Origin: Polyangiaceae bacterium
GTDB lineage: Bacteria; Myxococcota_A; Polyangia; Polyangiales; Polyangiaceae
Assembly (NCBI GenBank): GCA_044376115.1
Contig: JBILLK010000008.1
Location: 160,001 to 224,000, forward strand
Direction: 5' to 3'
DNA: 64,000 nt
Below the pieces are notes generated by a model. That model did not search any database. It was not told where the DNA came from and saw only the letters and a program-made list of their open reading frames with translations. Positions 27,700 through 37,638 of this stretch are shown here, piece by piece. A program made the translations under genes and the position numbers. Within the stretch, counting starts at the first letter, position 1; each line of letters begins with the position of its first letter.

Positions 27700-29576
27700 A
27701 GCCCTTCATCCTTCGGCAAGCGACGTCGATGCAACGCCTCTGCCTACGCTCGATGCGGTCAGTCAGCGTCTTGACAGCGATTGCTGTACTCAGCGCCATG
27801 TGGCTCATTGCCACACCAGGGCTAAGCACCGAATCTCCCACGGAGGACGAGTGGGCGCACACCATTCGCGGGATTGCTTGGTGGACGGCGCCGGATACGC
27901 GCCTGCACTATAGTCACCCGCCTTTCGCCAATGCAGTAATGGGGCTGGCCAATGCGTTCGACGACGACAATCCCGACCTTACGACGTTCAAAGGGTGGAA
28001 GACCGCCCATGTAGGGGACCTCGCGCTAGAAGCGATTTCGCGGGAGAACAACGCGCATTATGCGGCTTTTCGTAACAAGCTCACGCGCGCGCGTTACGTC
28101 TCTCTGGGATTTGCGATGGCGGGTGCGCTCTACGCGCTGCTGCTATTTCGGTCCCTGTGGGGAAGGTACGCTGGAGCGCTGGCTTGCGTTCTCATTGGGC
28201 TCCACCCCACGCTACTCGCGCAGGCGCGCTACGTGACAACGGATGGGCCAGCCGCAACACTCACCCTCGTCACCCTCGGTGAGCTCCTGCGCTTCTTACG
28301 TTCGCCAACACGTACCCGGCTTTTTACGCTGAGCACCGCGGCCGGTATCGCCACGATAACCAAGCACAGTTTGATGCTGCTACCGCTTGTGTGCATCGGC
28401 GCAATCGCATGCTTCTTGCTGTTCGGACTTGGGTCCTTCAAGGGCTTGCCCGCCCGCGTGCGCCTTTGGCGCTGGGGTGCGGCGTGTATTGCGATTTCCT
28501 TTGCCTGCCTGTTCACCATCAACGCGGGCTATCGCTTCGAGCGTACGGGACAAACCGTTGCGACCATCTGCGCCGCTCCCGAGCCGCAGTATCAGGTCTC
28601 CAAGAGCTATCACCATCGCGTCATCGAAGAGTCGCCGATCGGCAAGCTCCCCCAATGGCTCCCCGTTCCGCTGCCCTATACGCATATCTTTGGGCTTGCG
28701 TGCGTCCGTGCCTTAAACGCTGGGGGCTACCCGTCCTTCTTTATGGGCGAATCCTACCGCGATGGCCGCGCCTTGTATTTTCCCGTACTCACTGTCTTGA
28801 AGAGCCCGCCGTCGGTGTTGCTTTCGTTTCTGCTGGTGCTCGTCGCCTCTCGCTGGAAGAGAAGGGCACCGGAACCTGAGCACCTTGTACTAGGCGCGGT
28901 CTTCTGCCTACTGCTAGGGCTCTCGATGCTGTCGCGGCTCAATATGGGTATTCGCCATGGGCTGCCTGCGATGATGACACTCACGATGCTGGCCGCGTCT
29001 CTCCTGGGCAGTCGTATGCCGAACCCACAGCAGGCTGAACTCGGCGAACGCAGACCACAGTGGAGAGCTCCAGCGCTCGGTTCAGTTTCAGCCGTAGCGC
29101 TGGTGGCAACCACGCTCATTTCGAGCCTCTCGAGCCGCGAGAGCCCGCTCAATTACTTCAATCTCTTGGTTAAGAACATCGAGCAAGCGCACGAAATCAG
29201 CGTAATCGGGGAGGACTGGGGGCAAGACCGTGCGAAGTTCGCCATCTTGGCTAGGGAGGCAGGGCTCACGCCCCTGTTCTATCACGAACAAACGGCGACG
29301 CGGCGAGCCGAGGCTCGCTACCTTGGTATCCGCTACAAGCCGCTAACTTGCAAATCGCAGCCCCCCCCCGGAAGCTTCGCCGCAGTTCACCAAACGCCGC
29401 TCCGGCAGTCGGCTGGGCGCTGCTTTCGCTTTACGCAAGGGCGAACACCGGTTGCCACGATTCACGACGACATTCTCGTCTATTGGATCCCGCCGAAAGG
29501 GAGCGCGGAGTCACCGAAACAGCAGTCACCAGCCACGGTCGAACCGGAGCAACCCGACTCTGCCGACAGCGAGTAG
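27696..29576 (+). CDS. ArnT/PMT-like (GT39/GT83) GT-C glycosyltransferase
   Basis: SPTEDE; HPP; TTD; TK; DWGQD; ATGA overlap. Confidence 0.82.
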   Translation: MKPFILRQATSMQRLCLRSMRSVSVLTAIAVLSAMWLIATPGLSTESPTEDEWAHTIRGIAWWTAPDTRLHYSHPPFANAVMGLANAFDDDNPDLTTFKGWKTAHVGDLALEAISRENNAHYAAFRNKLTRARYVSLGFAMAGALYALLLFRSLWGRYAGALACVLIGLHPTLLAQARYVTTDGPAATLTLVTLGELLRFLRSPTRTRLFTLSTAAGIATITKHSLMLLPLVCIGAIACFLLFGLGSFKGLPARVRLWRWGAACIAISFACLFTINAGYRFERTGQTVATICAAPEPQYQVSKSYHHRVIEESPIGKLPQWLPVPLPYTHIFGLACVRALNAGGYPSFFMGESYRDGRALYFPVLTVLKSPPSVLLSFLLVLVASRWKRRAPEPEHLVLGAVFCLLLGLSMLSRLNMGIRHGLPAMMTLTMLAASLLGSRMPNPQQAELGERRPQWRAPALGSVSAVALVATTLISSLSSRESPLNYFNLLVKNIEQAHEISVIGEDWGQDRAKFAILAREAGLTPLFYHEQTATRRAEARYLGIRYKPLTCKSQPPPGSFAAVHQTPLRQSAGRCFRFTQGRTPVATIHDDILVYWIPPKGSAESPKQQSPATVEPEQPDSADSE

Positions 29577-29622
29577 CCACAAGGTTGCGCTCAAATTCCC
29601 TAATCGTCATCCAAACGTGACG

Positions 29623-31356
29623 ATGAACGGCGAGGATTCTCGGGTGAAGAGCCGCATTGCGTCGCTAGCAGGCGTTTTCCTATTGAGTGGCTGCCATCTC
29701 AGTGAAGCTGAGGATCGAGAAACGTTGGGAACAGCTATCTCGGTTGAGCCGCGGCCCTCCCGAATCGTGGTCGCCCTGGTGATCGATCAGCTGGCCCTTT
29801 GGCACGTTGAAGAGAGGTTTCCCGCGCTTCCCGAGAACGGTGGCTTCAAGCGGCTCCGCCGCGAGTCCGACGAGTTCGTGGAGCTGCGCTACGGTCATGT
29901 TCAGACGTCGACGGCGATTGGCCATGCAGCTCTTTTTACCGGTCTGCCGCCACGGGAGAGCCAGATCGTCGCCAATGAGGTTCCAGACCGCGACCTCAAC
30001 GTTCACGCGATCGTGCGCGATGAACGAACGAAGCTCGTGACGGCCGACGGGCTCGTTGATCGAGCAGGCTCATCACTGGCGGTTCTACCGAGCCAGGTCG
30101 AGACCCTCGCGGACGCGCTCCGCCGACAGCGACCTGAGGTCTCGATTGCGTGCCTCTCATTGAAGGATCGCGGAGCGGTGTTTGCTTGCGGACGCACCCC
30201 CGACGCGGTCGCGTGGTTCGATGTGGGGACGAACGGCTTCGTTACCTCGAATGCCTATGGTCCCACATTGCCGTCGCTGCTCTTGCCGTACGGCGTTCCG
30301 TACATTGGCGAGGAGTACCAGGCCACCAGTTGGACCCCGTTGGACCCAAGCTGGTTGGCGCAACACGCACCAGCAAAACCGGTGGGCCAGGGTAACTTCG
30401 AGGGGCTAGGCCGCGGCTTCCCGCATGAACTTTGGAAGACCGAGCGCCCGGCGCGAGCCATGCTCGCGACCCCGATGGGAGATGCCTTGTTGGGCGACGC
30501 AACGCTCGCTCTGCTCGACCGGTTACCGGAGCGGCAGGACGCCTTTGTGGCGGTTTCCTTCAGCTCCTATGACTATATCCATCACGTGTTTGGGCCGGAC
30601 ACTCCGGAGGCTTGGGATGAGCTATTGCGGCTCGACGGCCAGTTGGCGCGACTCTTCGACAAACTCGAATCGCTGTACGGTGCGGAAGGCTACTCAGTCG
30701 TGTTATCGGCTGACCACGGAGGGCCGCGGGCCCCGAGTAAGCACAACGCTTGCGGGGCCGCGGACCCGTTTGAGCGCGCTTGTGGGCAGCCGGTTCGGCT
30801 CCACGCTCACGAGCTCTATCGCATAGCGTCAGCCGCGGCCGCGCGCAGTGTTGGGCCTGGACGCTGGATCGGCGCGGTTAGTGAGCCTTTTGTGCACCTC
30901 TCCGATAACGCCAAGCAACTCCCCGCAACGCAACGGTCCGCCCTCCTTGCTGAGGTAAGCAAGGCGCTCGCGAACATCCCTGGCGTATCGCTTGTCATCG
31001 ACGCGAAGGCTGCCGCTAACCAACCATGCCCCGGCTACGAGAATGACGCGCTGAGCGCGCTCGTGTGTCGCTCGACTACGGCGAACACTGGTGACCTGCT
31101 CATCATTCCAACCCCCGAGGCCTTCTTTGATACCGGCTATGTCGAGGGGGAAGGCTGCAACCACGGGTCGCCTTACCGTTTCGATCGATCGGTGCCCATG
31201 TTCGTGCGTTCCACAGGAGAGCACCGCCAGGTTGGGGATAAGGGCTTCACACCGAGCGGCAAGGTCGACCCGCGCGCGTACGCGGCAACTCTCGCCGCCC
31301 TCCTCAAGATCGCACCGCCTGCTGGCGCCGAAGGTGGCGAGGTCCTTTCCTGGTGA
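29623..31356 (+). CDS. Alkaline phosphatase superfamily lipoprotein (PafA-like)
   Basis: IDQL; TSTAIGHA; SLKDR; DYIHH; SADHG; NHGSPY; lipobox LSGC. Start may be GTG 29644. Confidence 0.88.
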   Translation: MNGEDSRVKSRIASLAGVFLLSGCHLSEAEDRETLGTAISVEPRPSRIVVALVIDQLALWHVEERFPALPENGGFKRLRRESDEFVELRYGHVQTSTAIGHAALFTGLPPRESQIVANEVPDRDLNVHAIVRDERTKLVTADGLVDRAGSSLAVLPSQVETLADALRRQRPEVSIACLSLKDRGAVFACGRTPDAVAWFDVGTNGFVTSNAYGPTLPSLLLPYGVPYIGEEYQATSWTPLDPSWLAQHAPAKPVGQGNFEGLGRGFPHELWKTERPARAMLATPMGDALLGDATLALLDRLPERQDAFVAVSFSSYDYIHHVFGPDTPEAWDELLRLDGQLARLFDKLESLYGAEGYSVVLSADHGGPRAPSKHNACGAADPFERACGQPVRLHAHELYRIASAAAARSVGPGRWIGAVSEPFVHLSDNAKQLPATQRSALLAEVSKALANIPGVSLVIDAKAAANQPCPGYENDALSALVCRSTTANTGDLLIIPTPEAFFDTGYVEGEGCNHGSPYRFDRSVPMFVRSTGEHRQVGDKGFTPSGKVDPRAYAATLAALLKIAPPAGAEGGEVLSW

Positions 31357-31359
31357 ACG

Positions 31360-33324
31360 TCATTCGGGCGTACAGCCGTTGCCGCCACAAACATCGATGA
31401 TCTCTCCAGTGCGGAAGAAGTGAAACATCTGCTGATTGTGGTTCGCCAACTTGCGAGGCAAACCGTGCGGATCTCCGACGTCGTCGGCGGGCGGATAGTT
31501 CCCCGGTGCGGGCCAGGGATTGCCAAAGTCATAGTTGACTAGGCCCGAGCCGAGGTGGGGATACGTAGCTTCCGAGATCAGCGGTAGCTCCTTGCCATAG
31601 TCGGGCAATAGAGCGATCCCGACGTCGCTGCGTGCCGCGATCTCATTCGTGAGGTTCGCCACCTGCCAATCAGCCTTCGCCGACGCAAGCAGTACTTCGT
31701 GACTCGGCGTATTGGGGTATGGCTCGGCCGAGATATGGCGATAGTGACTCACTGGATCCGTGCGATCCCACAACCCTTGAGCAGCCGAGAGCAACAGCAG
31801 CTGGTCGCGCGCGTCGGGGTAGTTGATGGTGACGAGCAAGAAGAATGGTCCAAAATCGACGGAGCGCTGTAGCAACGTTGAATAGTTGTTTCCGGGCACA
31901 CCGAGATGACCACGCTTGAGGTCGAGGCTCATCGCCATATGGGTAGCGCCGAAGATGCCGCCTTGTGAAATACCGTGATAGAAGAGTTGTTCTGGGTCAA
32001 TGACCAGCCCTGTTTCGGTAATGGCTGGTAGCTTGTCGAAGCCAAGCTTCATAGCCCGCACCAAGAACGCATGGTTGAGCACGCCCTGATGCAGGCGGTC
32101 GGCCAAGATGGGAAACTCGGAAAAATCAGCGATCATCTCGAGAATGCCGGGAACGTCCTCCGACGACATACCGATCATATTGCATCCCACCACCACGACC
32201 TTCTCTTGGGCGGCCAGGTCGTCGAACGCATCGATCTGTGCGTGAGTGCCGTTGAGGCCATGCCCGTGGAGCATCACTCCGTGTGGTTCACCGGTTAGAG
32301 CGGTGCGCGGCACGCGCGCGCGGAACTCGGCTTTGTAGGTACCTGTGGCCTGAGGCAGGCCGTCCTCCGCCCAGTTGAGCACATATCCTGTACGCCTATC
32401 GAGGGGCCGCTCTACCGTATAATCGGGCACGTCGAAGGTCCCCAATACTTCGTAGGCAATGTCGGGGTTCTCCGCCTCGCTGTACGTCGTCAGGCTGGTT
32501 ATCTCCATTGCGGGGCTCGCGTCTCCGAGCTCCGCAAAAGCCTCGTCACGCATATGCAACAGCGGGCCGTGCAGCGTCGCCCCAGACGCTGTGGTCCAAT
32601 CCCAAGCGAGCAACAACCCTTCGCGCTGCACCCCCGCCGTTTGCAGGTCGCCAAAGAGCTTCTCGAAGTGAGCGACTCGGCCCTCGACGGGCGTCCCCTC
32701 CGCGCGTTGGTCGCGCAAGGCGATGAAAGCATCGCTAGAGGAAGCCTCCTTCCCATCCTTCTGCTTGAGCCCGCGAAGTGCCACGACGTAACGAGTGGCC
32801 TCTTTCAGAAGGACCGCGGGACGAATGATGAGCCCTTCCTCGCCGAGCGCCTTGGAGGTGCGGTCAAGCTCGGCAAAACAGGGGATCCGCTTCAGCGCGC
32901 CGTTGTCCTCTTCGAACATCATGACCTGGGCGTCATCCTTCAGCGTGTCCGCGATATGGTTTTCATCCGGTAGCAAGCTACCGTCCAAGTTCGGAAAGTA
33001 GGCGAGCGCCGGGGAACCGACACCAAAGCCGTCGAGTCGCTCGTAGGGCTCTTTTGCCACGTGGACGCCAGCAACGTTTGCTGGGAGCGTGGTCTCGCCG
33101 AAACGCAGCCGAAACCCCGTCGCGGTACCTTCATCCGGAGCAAGCCAAAGGCTCGAAGGAAACGGCATGCCGCACACCTCCGGAACCAGCGGGTCACAAT
33201 CAGGGTCGTCGGGAATCTCGAGCGGCCGAGGCTCCTCTACTGGATTGGGTGGCGCCTCCTCATTGCACCCAACGAGGGGAGCGACCACGAATAAGCCTAG
33301 CACCAGCGAACGGGACCAGTTCAT
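31360..33324 (-). CDS. Lipoprotein with alpha/beta-hydrolase domain (same architecture as 6489-8519)
   Basis: Lipobox LVGC; MPFPS..DGF; HGLNG; GISQGG elbow; DPHG. Confidence 0.8.
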   Translation of the reverse strand: MNWSRSLVLGLFVVAPLVGCNEEAPPNPVEEPRPLEIPDDPDCDPLVPEVCGMPFPSSLWLAPDEGTATGFRLRFGETTLPANVAGVHVAKEPYERLDGFGVGSPALAYFPNLDGSLLPDENHIADTLKDDAQVMMFEEDNGALKRIPCFAELDRTSKALGEEGLIIRPAVLLKEATRYVVALRGLKQKDGKEASSSDAFIALRDQRAEGTPVEGRVAHFEKLFGDLQTAGVQREGLLLAWDWTTASGATLHGPLLHMRDEAFAELGDASPAMEITSLTTYSEAENPDIAYEVLGTFDVPDYTVERPLDRRTGYVLNWAEDGLPQATGTYKAEFRARVPRTALTGEPHGVMLHGHGLNGTHAQIDAFDDLAAQEKVVVVGCNMIGMSSEDVPGILEMIADFSEFPILADRLHQGVLNHAFLVRAMKLGFDKLPAITETGLVIDPEQLFYHGISQGGIFGATHMAMSLDLKRGHLGVPGNNYSTLLQRSVDFGPFFLLVTINYPDARDQLLLLSAAQGLWDRTDPVSHYRHISAEPYPNTPSHEVLLASAKADWQVANLTNEIAARSDVGIALLPDYGKELPLISEATYPHLGSGLVNYDFGNPWPAPGNYPPADDVGDPHGLPRKLANHNQQMFHFFRTGEIIDVCGGNGCTPE

Positions 33325-33420
33325 GATGCGATATTACACCAAGAGGGACAGCACGAGCTTCCAGCAACGGTGTGCTCACCTTCGGTAGATGCCGGGATGC
33401 CCCCGCGCTAAGGGACCTTC

Positions 33421-35319
33421 ATGAGATTCACGAAGGTCCTGCTTTCTTTGACGGCCTTGTGCGCGGCCACGGTGGTCCCGGCGTCGGCGAACGCCCAGGT
33501 GCTCCGCTTCACGACCACCGCCCCCGGCGGGATCGTGACGACGGGCAACACGCTCGGACTGTCGAAATCGACGAACGAGAATGGCCCTGGGACGCGGGAC
33601 TCGATCGGAACCTTTTTGTCCCTCGGGAACTCGGTTGACGTACTACCGCTCAACCCGCTCAATCCGTGGCCCCAAGGCACGACCAGCAGCTGGCAAATGA
33701 ACAGCTCGAGCGCCGAGTTGAGTTTGCCAGTCGAGGCCCAGGTGCTTTACGCAGAGCTGCTGTGGGGCGGTAGCTACCAATACGGCGAGGAGGACGTATC
33801 CGCCCTTTTGGGAAGCGCGGTCACCCTCACACAAGGGGCCTCATCGATGCAGGTGATGCCATCTGCGGCGACGGCCATTACCACCTCGGGCAATGCGGCA
33901 AGCGGGTTCGCTATTCGCTATTACCTTCGCTCGGCCGACGTCACCGACTTCGTCAAGGCGGCTCAAACCGGGACGTACTCCGTTTCTGGCGTACCTGGGA
34001 CGCAAACCACCAATATCAACAGCTTGAGCGCCGCTGGTTGGACGTTGGTAACCGTCTATCGAGACCAGTCGGTTACTACCAAGAATCTGAGCGTGTTCGT
34101 GGGCGGGGCCTTCGTCGACGAGGACTCGCAGCAGGACTACACGGTCACTGGCTTCTGCGCTCCGCCAGCGGGCGTGGTGGAGGGGACGGCGGCGGTGAGC
34201 GCCATCGAAGGGGACGCCAACTTGACCGGTGATCAGTTCCTGATCGGCGCCAGCACGGGAGGCCCCTTTGCTTCGCTCAGCGGGCCCAATAACCCCGGTA
34301 GCAACTTCTTCTGCAGTCAGATCAACGACGGTAACGGCCAGCTCGACATGAGCGGCTCCTTCGGACAGGAGAACCACAACGCGCAAGCTGGCGTCAACCT
34401 CGCCGGTGGCCGGCAGGGCTGGGACATAACCACCATTCCGCTTAGCTCCCAGACCGGGCAACTCGCCAATAGCCAGACATCTGCAGTGCTCAGGACAATA
34501 ACGACCGGGGACTCTTACATGCCGATCTTGGCAGCCCTGGCGATCGACGTAAATTCTCCTGATTTTGGCGGAGTTGCTTCGGATACTACGGTGACCCCAA
34601 TGAGCGTTACCATCGGGGACCAACTCACGGTGTCGGTGACGCTCGCCAACGACGGGGCGGTTACCGCACAGAACGTGGTGCTGGACGTGGATTTGCCGGC
34701 GCAAGTTTCGCTCGTTTCCTTCACCACCGACGGCCAACCTGGTGACATCAACGGCAACGCCGTAAACGGTGCGCTCTTGGCTAGCGGGGTGGACGAGGGA
34801 GACATTCCAGGCGGGGGAGCACGCACCGTCACCTTCACGTTGGAGGTGAACTCGGCGCCCGCTGGCAGTACGCTCTTCGGCCTAGCCAACTGGAACTACG
34901 ACTTTGAGGTATGCGCGAATGCATCACTGTCTTCAGAGGTCTTCTCGCAATCGTTCGCCGCGCTCTTTAGCGAACCCGTTGGAACCGGAGGCAACGGTGG
35001 TGGGGGCAGCGGCGCGAGCGGCGGAGGTGGCGCCGAACCGAATGGCGGCGGCGGCGCAGCAGCCCAGGGTGGCGGCGGAGAGGGAGGCGGGCTTCTGCCA
35101 CTTGGCGGCGGCGGGAGTGGAGCCGCTGGCGGGGCCGGGGGCGGCGGCGGTGAAGGAGCGACGGGCGATGGGAGCTCGAGTTCAGGGGAGGCACCGGAGA
35201 CAGGGCTGGGCTGTTCGTGCCGCGTGAATGCGCCCAAGGAGCCGGGGTTGGCTGCGTTGGCGTGGGGGCTGGTTGGTCTCTTGGTATTGCGTCGTAAGCG
35301 AGGAGCAAAAGCATCATGA
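33421..35319 (+). CDS. Secreted MYXO-CTERM surface protein with DUF11-like domain
   Basis: Signal peptide (ANA); DUF11-like GDQLTVSVTLANDG; Gly-rich linker; C-terminal GCSCRV-TM-RRKR. Confidence 0.85.
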   Translation: MRFTKVLLSLTALCAATVVPASANAQVLRFTTTAPGGIVTTGNTLGLSKSTNENGPGTRDSIGTFLSLGNSVDVLPLNPLNPWPQGTTSSWQMNSSSAELSLPVEAQVLYAELLWGGSYQYGEEDVSALLGSAVTLTQGASSMQVMPSAATAITTSGNAASGFAIRYYLRSADVTDFVKAAQTGTYSVSGVPGTQTTNINSLSAAGWTLVTVYRDQSVTTKNLSVFVGGAFVDEDSQQDYTVTGFCAPPAGVVEGTAAVSAIEGDANLTGDQFLIGASTGGPFASLSGPNNPGSNFFCSQINDGNGQLDMSGSFGQENHNAQAGVNLAGGRQGWDITTIPLSSQTGQLANSQTSAVLRTITTGDSYMPILAALAIDVNSPDFGGVASDTTVTPMSVTIGDQLTVSVTLANDGAVTAQNVVLDVDLPAQVSLVSFTTDGQPGDINGNAVNGALLASGVDEGDIPGGGARTVTFTLEVNSAPAGSTLFGLANWNYDFEVCANASLSSEVFSQSFAALFSEPVGTGGNGGGGSGASGGGGAEPNGGGGAAAQGGGGEGGGLLPLGGGGSGAAGGAGGGGGEGATGDGSSSSGEAPETGLGCSCRVNAPKEPGLAALAWGLVGLLVLRRKRGAKAS

Positions 35320-36965
35320 AGACGCCGAACATTGCAATCTTGTTAGGAGTGTGGGCACTGGGCTGCGGGGATGACGCGGGCTCGGGTGGTAGCGGTGGAG
35401 CTGGCGGAGCTCCCGCTGCGATAGCGTTTAGTCAGCCTGGCTCGCTCGTCAGCGACGACGGTAAAGGCAGCTTTCGTTTTGGAGCCGCCACCGCGGCGAC
35501 CCAGATTGAAGACCAGAACCCGGCCACCGACTGGTGGGCATTCTCGTCGCCCGTAGCGGAGGGCGGGCTCGGCAAGGGCAAAGCCCCCGTGGGAGACGCT
35601 TCCAAAGGCTTCTCGCTGGCGCTCGAGGACATCGCGCTACTGACCGAGCTGGGCGTGGACTCCTATCGTTTCAGTATCGAATGGGCGCGGATCGAGCCGG
35701 AGCGCGACGTGATCGACGAGGAGGCGCTCGCTCACTACGACGCTGTGATTGACGCGCTGGTTGCAGCCGGGATCCGGCCGATGATCACGCTGCACCACTT
35801 CTCGAACCCCATTTGGGTCGCCGATCCGCGTGACAACGAATGTATGAACGGCCCCTCCGACACGAACCTGTGCGGATTTGGCAATAGCGAAGGCGCGCCG
35901 CAAATCGTCGAGGAGTTTGGCGAGCATGCGACGCTCTTGGCTGAGCGGTTTGGCGATCGCGTCGATGAGTGGGGCACGGTGAATGAACCGGTGAACTACT
36001 TATTGGCTGGCTACGGCATCGGTAGTTTTCCGCCCGGGCAATCGAACATTTTGAGTGAGGAGAAGCTGCTTGGGGAGTTCATCCCCATCGTGCAAACCTA
36101 CCTGGAGCTGCACGCTGCCGCCTACACCGCAGTAAAAATGAATGACGTCATCGACGCGGACAGTGACGGCAGCGCAGCCGACGTTGGGTTTACCTTGAGC
36201 ATCGCAGACTGGGTGCCCGCGCGGGATAATCAAGTAAGCGAGGATCCGGAGGACATAGCCGCCCGCGATCGCGTCATCTACATCTATCATCATCTCTTTC
36301 TCGACGCGGCGCGCACAGGGGAATTCGACACCGACCTAGACGGTGAGCCGGATAAGACTGTACCGGGCGTGGCCGGCACCGTGGATTGGCTCGGCCTACA
36401 ATACTATTTCCGCTCCGGCGTAACGGCGAAGAACCCTGTGCTGCCGGTGGTCGCGCTCACACCCTGCTTTGGCACCATTGACTTTGGCGCCTGCTTGCCG
36501 CCGGTGGGTGGCGACAAGACCAAGTGCATCCCGGCAATGAAGTACGAGTTCTACGAACCAGCCGTGTTCGAGCTGCTTTCGGACTTCTCCTCGCGCTACC
36601 CGGACTTGCCGCTGCTCATCAGTGAATCGGGCCTAGCTACCGAGGTTGGCGAGCGACGCGCAGAGCACGTCGTACGCAGCCTCGAGCAGATCGCCCTGGC
36701 GCGTGAGGCGGGGGTGGATGTCCGTGGCTATTACCATTGGAGCCTGTACGACAACTTCGAGTGGGCCGAGGGCTTTGAGCCTCGCTTCGGGTTGTTTACG
36801 GTCGACTATTCAGACTACGCTCGAACTCCGACATTGGGCGCTACTGTATTGGGCGAGGTGGCCAAGGCTCGCGAGCTGAGCAGTGACCACCGCGTGACCT
36901 ACGGCGGAACCGGCCCCATGACCGAAGAGGCGGGAGCGGTGATTGGTGAGCGCTGCAATCTATGA
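35316..36965 (+). CDS. Glycoside hydrolase family 1 lipoprotein
   Basis: YRFSIEWARIEP; NEP acid/base; ISESG nucleophile; WSLYDNFEWAEG; lipobox ALGC. Confidence 0.92.
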   Translation: MKTPNIAILLGVWALGCGDDAGSGGSGGAGGAPAAIAFSQPGSLVSDDGKGSFRFGAATAATQIEDQNPATDWWAFSSPVAEGGLGKGKAPVGDASKGFSLALEDIALLTELGVDSYRFSIEWARIEPERDVIDEEALAHYDAVIDALVAAGIRPMITLHHFSNPIWVADPRDNECMNGPSDTNLCGFGNSEGAPQIVEEFGEHATLLAERFGDRVDEWGTVNEPVNYLLAGYGIGSFPPGQSNILSEEKLLGEFIPIVQTYLELHAAAYTAVKMNDVIDADSDGSAADVGFTLSIADWVPARDNQVSEDPEDIAARDRVIYIYHHLFLDAARTGEFDTDLDGEPDKTVPGVAGTVDWLGLQYYFRSGVTAKNPVLPVVALTPCFGTIDFGACLPPVGGDKTKCIPAMKYEFYEPAVFELLSDFSSRYPDLPLLISESGLATEVGERRAEHVVRSLEQIALAREAGVDVRGYYHWSLYDNFEWAEGFEPRFGLFTVDYSDYARTPTLGATVLGEVAKARELSSDHRVTYGGTGPMTEEAGAVIGERCNL

Positions 36966-36991
36966 TCGGAGGCGCGCAGGCGTATTGAGCC

Positions 36992-37636
36992 TTAGCGGCT
37001 GTTGAGTATGTGTTCGGTGAAGCGAGTACGCAGGTAGAAGCCGCGAGGTACGGTACTGATGTGCTCGCCTTCACGGCCAAAGGTCAGCGTTCTGGCTCGG
37101 CCGTCGCGCGCCTTTGGTCGGACCTGGAGGTGCTCGCCGAGATGAGCGGTTACATCCTCGATCCGGCCAATCCCGACCAACCCCATGATTTCGTCGTAGT
37201 CGGCGGCGAGCGCTGCATCCTCCTCGACGGTCGGTTCAAACAGAACGGCGCGTCCCACGGTACGCGCGGCGGACGCTGAACGACGCTCCCCGATCACGGG
37301 CAGAAACAGCACCTTTCGCAGCTTGCGAAACACCCACGAGTTTCGGTAGTCGACCTCCTCGTTCAGGTCGATGGCGCAAACGAACGTGCTCTCCAAGGGT
37401 TTACCGCGCAGATCGATCGGAATCGTCTTTAGCTCCAACTCGAGCTCTGGAAAGTCGCGGACGCGCTGGCCAGAGCCGCCAGAAGCACCAAGCACGTTCT
37501 CAAACAGCTCCCCGATGCGGCCCTTGGCGTGAACCCCGTGCCCGGGCGCCTCGAGCCCATATTGCTGAACCACGTCAGCCAACGTCAGTCCCTCGAGACT
37601 GCGAGCCCGCTCCAATACCTGGGATAGCGAGAGCAC
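36992..37636 (-). CDS. mutH: MutH/Sau3AI-family endonuclease
   Basis: KGRIGELFE; DFPELELELKTIP (D..ExK); ESTFVC; QVRPKA; PRGFYL. Confidence 0.88.
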   Translation of the reverse strand: MLSLSQVLERARSLEGLTLADVVQQYGLEAPGHGVHAKGRIGELFENVLGASGGSGQRVRDFPELELELKTIPIDLRGKPLESTFVCAIDLNEEVDYRNSWVFRKLRKVLFLPVIGERRSASAARTVGRAVLFEPTVEEDAALAADYDEIMGLVGIGRIEDVTAHLGEHLQVRPKARDGRARTLTFGREGEHISTVPRGFYLRTRFTEHILNSR

Positions 37637-37638
37637 CG

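Noticed and set aside
34985..35165. GGC-rich repeats (also about 1030-1190)
   Set aside because: They encode Gly-rich protein linkers, not DNA repeat elements.
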